Virus record (IMG/VR): IMGVR_UViG_3300021502_000037
Coordinates: 1,047 to 65,046 of that record
Reading direction: 5' to 3' (one strand)
Length of the DNA: 64,000 bases
From: a virus
Lineage: Duplodnaviria; Caudoviricetes
Shown here in pieces: positions 11,001 to 20,700 of the stretch. Each line of letters starts with the position of its first letter. The stretch's first letter is position 1. The translations under genes were made by a program, and so were the position numbers. The notes beneath the pieces are model-generated. The model was not told the origin of the DNA, made no database searches, and was given only the letters and a program-made list of their open reading frames with translations.

Positions 11001-14000
11001 GAATATTCCTCAAGGTTTTATTAAGAGTAATCAGCACACAAAAGAATATAGTTATGGTAAATTTGGTGGTGGAACAAGAGAAGTTATGGATAGTTATAGG
11101 AGCGTAGACAATGTTTGTTACGATAGTGGTGAGGTAAATTTTAGTGATTATAAAGATTTAATTGCATTTGAGGGGTTTAAAAATGGTAATATGTCTTTAG
11201 AAGAAAAAATTAAGGGTAATTTAGATATTCAGGATTATTTGTTTCGTAAATGGATGCCTATATATAATACTTTTTCAGCATCGGATTTAAATAGTAATCT
11301 GGTTGATTACCCATTCGAAGAGTATACCTTTGATTTAAAATCTCCTTATTACCATCCTTTTTCTATATATACTGCAGAGAGTATAGATGGTGTATCAATT
11401 GCAGAAAAAATAGTACAAAATATTCCCGAAGAAGCTGATATTGATGCCCCTATATTTAAAACGTATGTTTTTGATGATGTTTTTAATGCTTGTACCTTTG
11501 GTAATACATTTTTAGGGACAATGAACCCCGATGGTACATACGATGGGGAGGTTGAGGGCGCAGAAGGTTTAGTTTATCCAAATATAGCCGGTGCCCAAGC
11601 TAATCATCCAAACACTTCTTGGTTATCTTTTAAAGAAAAACCTACAGAAGGTGGTGAAGGTAGTGAAGGCGGGGGAGATGGTGGATCAGAGAGTATACAG
11701 TGGGTTTGGAAAGAACGTTTATACCCTGTAAAAAGATTTTTTAAAGTAAGCAGTCTTAAAAGTAATATTGAACAAGACATAATTAAAAAAGAAGATATTA
11801 ATAATTTTCTTGAGCCTATGTTAAAAGGTTCTTATATAGAAGTAGCTGGAAAAGTAACTAATTTTTTTGAATGGCTGTCTATAGGGGCATCAAAATGTGT
11901 TTTTAACTATGAATTAAGAGAATATAATTTATATTGTGAAACTAAGGAATCTAAATTAAAAATTTTATTTTTAAACAATGAACAACTAAAAAATGAACAA
12001 CCAAGTATGTTTTTTTTACAATTAAACGATGGGTACCCAAGGGGAGTAAGTAAACATGGAACTTTTGACCCTGAAGAAATGCAAAATATAGATGGAACAA
12101 TAGCTGGTTTTGAAATTAGGAAATTATATGAGTTTTATACCACATGTACTAAAGATCCTTGGGAAGAATATATAACATTATTTGATAATGGGTATGTGGA
12201 TATATTTATGGATGACCCAGAAGAAGATGCTATTGAAGATGATAGGTATTATTATGACAGTAACCCAGCAACGTGCAATAAATCCTATTTTCAGAGAGGA
12301 ATAAATATTGATTTATTAGTTTTTAATGCATGTAATTTACCAAGTATTAATACAATAATAGAATCTTATGATATCAGTGTTTCTATTGCCCCCGATCTTG
12401 AAGCAAGTAACTCTGCTTATACTTCAATAACCCCAAATGAATGGTTTCCAAATTTTTCTTATTGTCCTAATATTGTTTATAGGGAAAGTAATTCAGAAAT
12501 TGTAGATATTTCATTTAAATGTAAAGAAAAGGTCAGCATTTCAAAAATAATATGTAAATTTAAATGTAAAAAAGAACAAGAATATAAAGATTCAGAATTT
12601 TTTAAAGAAATAAAAGTTGATTATTTATATAATGTACCAGAGGTACAAGTAAAAGTTAATAACAGTGTAGTATATCAAACAGAAGGGATTGAATTTTGTG
12701 TTGAAGCTACTCCTTTGAAAGATAAAATTGAATACGAGGGTGGTGAGATTATAGGTTCTAAACAGGGTGCTGTAGAGTATAATTTTGAGACAATAGAAGA
12801 AAATCAGGTTAAAATACTTGATTGGGAAGTTAATTTATTAGAAGATGCTACTTACAACGATACTATAACCATTTCATTTAGAATGAAACCTACATCTTCT
12901 GAACTTATTTCAGCCGGACTAATAGATACATTAGAGACATTTGAAAATAGCGATACAATTACATATACTGAGCATTGTTTTTATCTTGAGTGTGTTTATA
13001 TATACGATACACAGCTTGTGGATGCTTATGAAGATATTGAGATAAATAATTCTAAATATTTTATTTCTACAGGTAACTTTGGAGATTTTCAGCCTAATAA
13101 GTTTGATATTTCAAATATAGAACGAGCTTTTTTAAAACAAGGAAATGGACTTAATAGAATCTCTACATTAACACAGACGGATGGTTTTGATGGTATGGTT
13201 TTTTATATGGGTTCAGCCAACGAGTGCACTAGTATTGATAAATGTAGGGGGCGTTTGATGGGGAAAGTGCAAGATATAGAATTAAAAAAAGAAGACTCTG
13301 ATGGGGTCTTATCAACTTTAGAAGAGTATGAAGGGGCTCAAAATAACTTATATCAAGATGCTATAGATAAAGGAGAAACATTTTTTACTATGAACTCTGT
13401 TTGTCCACCTGGGTTGGAAGTGGTGTTAAATGATAATTGTATAGAATTTCCACGGTGGAATTGTATTTTTACAAATAAAATGGTTTTACCACTTATACCC
13501 CCTTTAGATATGGAACCTATCCAACCAGATGGTTATTATTTTGATTGGGGTTTAGATAAGATTATTAAAAGACAGTGTTTTAGGCAAGATGCTGGATTAG
13601 TAGATTGTTTTGATGGGTATAAATTAAAATCTTATACTGACCAAGATAAAATTGTTGGTGTTTCTTTAATGGGTGAAATATGGACATACGCTGGATCTGT
13701 TCAATCTAGAGCCAGTTCTACAGTTTCTAAAGGGTGGTCAGCCAATAAAAATGAATTAGGAGCTAATGATGAGTTTTATAAAAAATTAATAATTCTTCAA
13801 AATAAACACTCTTCAGAACAAGATACTTTACGAAATGGTAATGAGCGGAAAATATTGGAGTTAAATAGAGATAACAAAAAAGCACTTGAAGATCTTCATA
13901 CCGAGCACGTTGGTAGTATTAAAAGTCTTGAAGGCGATGAAAAAATAGATATGGAATTAGAATATGAAGAAGAGAAATATAATTTACTTAAAGAACAAAC

Positions 14001-14724
14001 AACCATATTAATAGATACTAATATAGATCAACTCAATGCGTGGACAGTACTTATATCAACGCAGTATAGAGAAGTAGAAGCAGAAAATTTATTTTATGTA
14101 ACACGTAGGAAGGTTGTAGCTTCACATATGTCCCCGAATATGTATATAATTAAAATGGAGTATGATACTGGACAAAGTGTTGAACTTTTAGAATTAGAAA
14201 AAACACAAAAAATAGATATAATAACTTTAACACATGATTATGATGTAAAATTAATAGAAAATGAGCGACGGAAAGATTATGACGATATAAATTCAGATGA
14301 AGAAACTGCAATAGAAAATAATAGACAATCTATAGAGGAAGAATTTAATGAGGAATATGATACTTTAAAAGATGAACAAGAAGAAAGTATGGAAAATTTA
14401 ATCAATGAACAAAAAGAATCACGCGAATCATACTATAATAGTAATGGTATAGAAGAAGAAGGGCCCACAGAGACTTTAGAATATTTACATCAAGCAATGT
14501 ATGGGTATGGCACACAAGAAGAGAATAAACAATTGATGTATGGAGATGTAAGTTCTATGGATGATATAAGTGTTACTGTTTCTGCAGATAATGATGATTT
14601 AGTTGATTACGGTTTAGGTACAAATTTTAAGGTACAGAGAGAAGCTTATTATTATTTATTAAAAGAAAAAGGGTTAACTACAGAATTTTTTCCACCACCA
14701 ATAATGGCTTATTATGTTAAGTAA
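8002..14724 (+). CDS. Very large hypothetical protein (Cys-rich N-terminus, acidic coiled-coil C-terminus), probable virion component
   Basis: 2240-aa uninterrupted ORF in the structural block. Confidence 0.45.
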   Translation: MALDNKKITKVCKYWNEEESSVCSYWSSSSTSCTHGGTDGIYPTEYPTCNLIGTNLKCNLYNGKGVEPRCILPDVRRGGINRRTGTQWITKDENDSWVGFDDITCYGSWGFCDGDPDGLGNGYGSGDGLSIKCAGYNPSEMEFGSYFGDIPLDIQICNYRAIIGRCAWWNSEASMFLIDDSGKVVNSISMCVHTDAMVDKFKNTHFDEELGIFVLPCNGAVSDCPFYTGIKWEYCINKKLHSGSKVRAEQIQELRYYLRKNKWDAESFSNTFYNPDIYAWDRASGLIIKKVMSPSGVIEDNTVLNVIKVGFEDFSSFNLSFRNIEIDSGTKEEDIDVDYPTLIENLSLDGMLTPLILNVFDQKVGSSESDLTNIFEMVDIFDETILILGETRFFLSKPYVLNLSSIDIEGFPVELNQYSSMFEIRKNVSSTKYNEICEQIESRLNFYINYSKQDVGLNITPISVLNGGEFFIKVKTIIGNNTIIVFDKGGGSWDYDRVEVEKIYHGVVIAQTEFNVTSVEGVIEYPPYYPASFCGAENTNTSFNKKICFELKTFGDGKSEIEHVYNDYVIPNSYDGKTYEVGYIPYEVTLPSKILSYDDGNIIPLGIGGYLLLIIPDEDNLLQSIYKPWMIGDAETDEDIILKLEYSIEHEDDQSVAVAQQVADNKAFDLELFMRSEKYLPINQIIVKPKDVNTLHAVGPGCFIELKSIKIYEKKSFNEPSSGTKCDYIDSNDAVCGKDTVFCKDETKFELISNTVGQLSAINDETLLISVVFKSKKTGRILGVTRTKMITWVRNPSCRAAPIFYKWATEYEEFDMIPLQYYRFDHIGIIKRPASDSYIRLETIPGFGDFIMHPFVFSPTTALYNMDPDVLFLLNLPAEDFVIEYYRTEVLGSVDTKYEEGVWDSSSHTIQYFKSSSITASEEVVYTPQSVKHGYFDMCKLCTPKSTVTMWAIVAFGGVNTFCMANYLPANLVSLNPPMFTGATMYYAGIGIGYFEECAMNIPQGFIKSNQHTKEYSYGKFGGGTREVMDSYRSVDNVCYDSGEVNFSDYKDLIAFEGFKNGNMSLEEKIKGNLDIQDYLFRKWMPIYNTFSASDLNSNLVDYPFEEYTFDLKSPYYHPFSIYTAESIDGVSIAEKIVQNIPEEADIDAPIFKTYVFDDVFNACTFGNTFLGTMNPDGTYDGEVEGAEGLVYPNIAGAQANHPNTSWLSFKEKPTEGGEGSEGGGDGGSESIQWVWKERLYPVKRFFKVSSLKSNIEQDIIKKEDINNFLEPMLKGSYIEVAGKVTNFFEWLSIGASKCVFNYELREYNLYCETKESKLKILFLNNEQLKNEQPSMFFLQLNDGYPRGVSKHGTFDPEEMQNIDGTIAGFEIRKLYEFYTTCTKDPWEEYITLFDNGYVDIFMDDPEEDAIEDDRYYYDSNPATCNKSYFQRGINIDLLVFNACNLPSINTIIESYDISVSIAPDLEASNSAYTSITPNEWFPNFSYCPNIVYRESNSEIVDISFKCKEKVSISKIICKFKCKKEQEYKDSEFFKEIKVDYLYNVPEVQVKVNNSVVYQTEGIEFCVEATPLKDKIEYEGGEIIGSKQGAVEYNFETIEENQVKILDWEVNLLEDATYNDTITISFRMKPTSSELISAGLIDTLETFENSDTITYTEHCFYLECVYIYDTQLVDAYEDIEINNSKYFISTGNFGDFQPNKFDISNIERAFLKQGNGLNRISTLTQTDGFDGMVFYMGSANECTSIDKCRGRLMGKVQDIELKKEDSDGVLSTLEEYEGAQNNLYQDAIDKGETFFTMNSVCPPGLEVVLNDNCIEFPRWNCIFTNKMVLPLIPPLDMEPIQPDGYYFDWGLDKIIKRQCFRQDAGLVDCFDGYKLKSYTDQDKIVGVSLMGEIWTYAGSVQSRASSTVSKGWSANKNELGANDEFYKKLIILQNKHSSEQDTLRNGNERKILELNRDNKKALEDLHTEHVGSIKSLEGDEKIDMELEYEEEKYNLLKEQTTILIDTNIDQLNAWTVLISTQYREVEAENLFYVTRRKVVASHMSPNMYIIKMEYDTGQSVELLELEKTQKIDIITLTHDYDVKLIENERRKDYDDINSDEETAIENNRQSIEEEFNEEYDTLKDEQEESMENLINEQKESRESYYNSNGIEEEGPTETLEYLHQAMYGYGTQEENKQLMYGDVSSMDDISVTVSADNDDLVDYGLGTNFKVQREAYYYLLKEKGLTTEFFPPPIMAYYVK

Positions 14725-14739
14725 AAGGGATTTTTAAAT

Positions 14740-17700
14740 ATGGCTTTTAATATATTAGCATCAGCACGCAGCATAAAAAATTGTTATGAATGTATGTATG
14801 ATTCTTTGAATTTTCATAAGTTTGAATTCACTGAAAAAGGGAATCTACGTGGGTGGGATCTTACATCTAATGTTTGTTTATATGGGTGTTGGTCTGAATT
14901 TTTATTTGGGCACTCAACAGATCGTAAATGTTATATAAGCAGAGAAGAAAATTTTATACACATAGAAGCAGAGCATCAATATATAATTAAGTTAACTATG
15001 AGGGTAATCAATAGAAATTTAGATGTATTAAAAGGTGCAGGTAGTTTAACTACAGGGCGTATACAATGGGTAAGTATAGAAGAGAGTATATGGGATGATA
15101 TTAAACAAAAAGATTTTTCCATTGTGGCAGATGGAAAATGGCATATTTATACATTAAATATGGGGCCGAGTACTTCTTGGGTTGGCAGGATTAATAATTT
15201 AAGAATCTATCCATTTATAGATGGGTGGGAAAAAGATAGTTTTGCAATTTCTTCTATAGGGTTGGGAGGTGTAGAAAAATATAATTGTTCAAATACAAAT
15301 TGTTCCTATAATCAATATTATTCTCATCCATGTAAAGGAGCAGGATCATTTGGATCTATAACATCTAAAGAAAATTTATCAGAAGCATATACAACTATTT
15401 CAGGCGTAAATGATATTTTTAGTATAAATATAAATAATTATGGGTATGAAAATTTAAGTCTTGGAAATAATATAGATCTTAATGGTATTGAAATAGCAGC
15501 GCTTTTAAATAAAAAAATATCTGACTTAGGTATTGGATCATACGCATACTCAGTTGTAGAATATATTAATAAATGTATAAAGATTACCTCTGGAGCAATC
15601 GGTATTGATAGTAATATAAAAATAGCCTATAATAATGCAGCTGTTACACTTGGGTTTTTTAATGACACGGGCGAGGATATATCAGATTATGAAATAGGTA
15701 GTGGTTGTGTAGATGGCTATAGTTGTATGAGTAGTGCTATACTAACTGTAGATGTTTTAAATAGGATGGTTGATGGTAATATAAAGTCTGCAGCCTATAC
15801 ACATGTCCCAAGTAACTACAGTGTTAGCAGTGGGAGACTTGATTATTATAATGTTGTTTCAGAAACTATGGATTATAGAACTGGAGACGGTTTAAAAAAA
15901 ATTGCTTGGAATAATAGATTAAATACAATAATAGATATATCACACCCTATAAATACAAACGGTAAAATACATAATATACATATTAGTGGGAAAGTGTATA
16001 GTGATGATCAAGCAAAAGTATTTATACTTAGACCATTAAAGAATGGTAAGTATAAAACTATATATACATTTAATTTAAAAGTTAAAGACTCAGTACAATT
16101 ATCAAGAGAGATTATATTTCATAGTGTAGAATGCAATGTTTATGTTCAAAAAGGAGATGTATTAGGTTTTTATAATATTGATCTTTTTTATAGCGCAGGA
16201 AAAAAATCAACACCAGATGCTGTATTTTTTCATATAGATGGAGAAATATCTGGAACATTTAATCCTGGAAAATTATCAAATTATGGGGTAGCAGGGTTTT
16301 TATATTTTTGTTTTAGTGATACTAAACAAACTAATACGATTTTTGATGTTGATTTGGGAGATAGAATTAATATTAAAAATATAAATATTTTAGGATCAAT
16401 ATTAAATACTGATAATACTTTTAATATTGGAATATGTAATGACATTGGTTTTTTATGCGAGCTTTATGAGGAACAGCATCGGCACCCACAGGTGGGCGGC
16501 GCTGTAATACATAACAATAAAGGGTACGGGCTGAGTGCTTTAACAGATGGGGTTATTGTTTCATTGGATGGAGGGGTTGGGGATCAATACGGGGTTGATT
16601 CAGATGGTTTGTGGATCACAGGAGAGTCATCTTATTTTTATGTAAATGGTGACGAGGAATTTTCTACGGAAGAAGAAGATTCAGATACTATGGGGGGGTA
16701 TATGTTAGATCATCGCTCCATACCAGAAATGTTTGAAAACGACCCAGTATCATTATTTTTGACTTGGGATTATGGTTTTTCTATCCCAATAAACAAAGTA
16801 AAAATATATTTTAAGGAACCGTATAATTTTAGAAATATGGAATTATCTTATTATTTAGGTGCATACAACGCTTCTGGTAATGCGACTTTAGAACCATATT
16901 TTAATAGAATACCGAATTATAATTTAGTAACATTAGATAACAGGCCTATTGAAAAAGATAATAATGTTTACATCTATGATAATCCAACATACGCAAAACC
17001 TATATTTGAATACGAAACATGTATAAACGCAGATGCGGTAAGAGTTGTTTCTCAAACTAAGTGGTTTGGATATGAGTGTGAATTTGATTCTGTAGATGCA
17101 TATGGTTTTCGTATTTTTAGTGACTACCATAAAAGTACAAAAATATCAGAAATTGAAGTTTATACAGAATTTGAAACAGAAAATACTATTTCTTTGTGTG
17201 AGCTTTTAAATGTATCTTGTTCTAAATATGGTGATTTATGGTCAACAGTAGATTTTTTTGAAGTGTCAGATGGAGAGTTTACTGGGGTTATAAGTGATAG
17301 CCCTAGGTATGTAAAATTTGAATTTTTAGCTGCACAATCAATTTTTCAAATAAATGAATTAGGTTGTGAATTAGATAAGAATATAAAAATTGAGGGGTGT
17401 AAAGAAACTGTATTACTAGAGAGTTCTAAAAACCTTGTAATAAATAAAGCTACAGAATTTAAATTAAAAAATACATACGACATATCATTAGATTTGGATA
17501 TTGATATAAATAAAATTTTAAAAGTCCCTAATAGGCTACTTTTACACAATATTCCAGATTCTTATGAAAATATAAGTAATTCTCTTATTGGTCCAGGAGG
17601 GAAGATTTATAAATATAACGAACCCCATGAAATAAAAACAGTTTATAATGTATGTAGTTCAGGTGCTCCAATTTACACATTAAAAAATCTTTTGGTGGGC

Positions 17701-20700
17701 AAAAAATATTATTATAATATTGATAATAATGGGTGGCATGAAGGTCAAACGATATCAGTTGCTGGGGATGTAAGTCAAACGATACCAGATACTGGGGCAA
17801 TAAATTATGGTAAAGGAAAAAATTGGAAAAAAAATGTTTTAACATTTGACAACCCTGTTTACGGTAAATATTTTGAAATTAGTCTATATTCTCCATCTAT
17901 AATCTCAGAGATACAATTATTAAAAGCATATTATATTAATGATATACTACCAATTAAGAATATACTTATAGGAAGAAGTGACTCTGTAATAGACAATAGA
18001 GTACCTCTTAATTATAATAATATTAATTATGATGTAGAAGGTGAGGTTGTATTTCATGAAGAATTTAATAGTACTGTTTTATCTTCAAAATGGGAAAAAA
18101 ACAAACCTCATGGTTGGATGTATTGCGGCATGGGTGAAGAAGAAAAAGATACCTTTATGTTAATTCCAACAACATCTGGGTTACGTTTTAATAAAATGTC
18201 TACCGCTTGTCATTTTCCAAATATATCTATGGACTTAGATTATAAATTAAAAGGTTTTGAATTAATTATAAAACAAACCCCGGCCCCATATTTTGAGACA
18301 TATAAATCTGATAAACATGTTTATCACCGTGATTACGTAGTAGATATCTCTAAATTTCATATATACTTACTCAATAGTGAAAATGAAATATTATATCAAT
18401 ATAGACACGATTCTGAAGTAGCTGAATCGTATTATAGCCATTCTTTTAAGGTTATAGGGTCACACTCAATTACTAAATCCGAATTAACTACAGTAAGTAG
18501 AATTGAAATTGGGGTTGATGGCAATAGTAATCATTATGGAGATCGAGACACATTTAATTTGGCGATAGAAGAGGTAGAAGCCTTTAGCCCCACTGTATTA
18601 GATAGCCCTCTAGTATATACAGAACGCGCGTTACAATCAGTTACAATAAAAACTGTCAAAGAGATGGATATACACACAAAATTATATATTGAATTCGAAC
18701 AAGAAGAATATTTAACCAAATTAGAATTATATGGAGATGCTTTTTGGTTAGGATTGGGTGACACAGGTATAACACCAAGTACTTTACCAATTGTTTATGT
18801 AGGAAAAAGTACAGATGGATATATATATGATCAATTGGCTTCTACAAATACCACAGACACTGTGTGTGGTGGGTTTAGTTATTTAACTTATAAAGAATGT
18901 ATGTTAATGCGTTTACGAAAGACACTCACTAACGATGGAATTAAATATGTAGAAATGCTTACTTCAGTACCAGAGGGGGAAGAGAAGATATTTAATTATA
19001 AAAGATATATAGATAGTTACCCATCTAATCAAGGTACTTATCCAACTACAGCTAATAAAGAGTTTATGTACTCTTATAGAACACGCGATATAGAATTTAA
19101 ATATGATATAACTTTAGGGGAGTATATTAGTTGTGATTTTGGGTCTAATGGACCTTATAAATTTGATGAAATAGAAATATTAGCTTCTAATAGTACCTAC
19201 CCTATGTTAATTACTATATATGGAAGAAACTCAGTTGACGACGAGTACGAAGAAGTTTATACCATATCGGATGTTTTAAATTACTCTGGTACAACTCTTA
19301 ATTATAGGATAATAGATGGTCTTGGGAGTACTTATTATAATAGAATTTTAATAACCGATTTACCAGATAAAGGATATAGATGTTACAAGTTTGTATTTGG
19401 TAGAGATAGTTGGAAGATCCATATTAATCATATCGATTTTAAAAAGAATATACAGTTAAATGGGGGGTTGGTTTTAACTTTAGAGGATTGTATAGAAGAG
19501 ATAGCTATTGATATAGAAAAAATACATAACATAGGGTGGTTTTCAAATAAAGTATTTTATGGTACAGATACCAGTATTATATGGGGATATAATAGGTACG
19601 CGAATAGTATTAGTAATGCCCCTTTTATAGATATACATTCTGATAATGTGTTTTTTTCTAGTTCAATAGTTGAATGCCCTGATGAGGTAATGTGGGGGTC
19701 TCAAATAGATTTTACAGATGATTTTTCTGACGGTATTTATGATGACAAATGGGAGTTTATACGATTAAATAATGAAATGTTGTTAGAAGAAGATAATAAA
19801 TTAAGTGTGTACTCATATGGCAACAATACTCCAAATTGGTATGGCCCTAAAATAACTAAGTACTTTGATAAAACTGTAGCTATTGATTTTATTATTAATT
19901 TAATGTGTAAAGCCCCTGATATTTCTAAAGGAAGAACTACAATAGATTTTAAAGGTGCTTATGGAGAATCAATTTTAAAATTATCCATAGAAATTATAGA
20001 TGATGAAGTAACAAGTTCTATATATGCATTAGAAGAAATAATATATTTTGATACTACTAGTATTAGTAAATCTTCTTTAAATAGTATTCGTATTGTGCGA
20101 GAGATAAAACCTACAAAAATAAAGTATTTTGTTTCTAATACACTTATATATGAAGTTGAAACCCTTGTAGAAGAGAAGGTTTATTCTGTAGATATTATAT
20201 TTGAAAAATATGAAAATGCTATAGTACTTAATGAACATTACATAGAGTTTGTATCCATAGTCATAAATTCTATTTCAGATAATGTTAGATGGGTAAAATT
20301 ATTGTTAGAACATAACGATATAAATTTTTATGGTACTTATATACAAAATTTATGTATGTACCCAACTACGTCAAAGGTATTAACATCAGAAGGCGAGTAT
20401 AACTGTGAATGGGAGCCTTTTTTATATGATATTACTACTTTAATGCAAGAAACCTCTAATGTAGCAAGGCATGCTATTATTACTACAAACTATCCTGACG
20501 AATTTAATTATAAAGCTATAAATGTAGTCAATGGTGATAATACAGGAAAAGATGGTTGTTGGGAATTTGATATATTATCAGATGGGAGTTTTCCATACAT
20601 AGAAATTGATCTTGGTGATACATATATTATTGATGAGATAAAGTTGTATCATGGAAGACGTAGTGCAGACACTGATTATATAAATAAGATTACCCCTAAA

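Noticed and set aside
11645-11695. GGT/GAA-rich low-complexity stretch
   Set aside because: It simply encodes an EGGEGSEGGGDGGSE linker within the 2240-aa protein.
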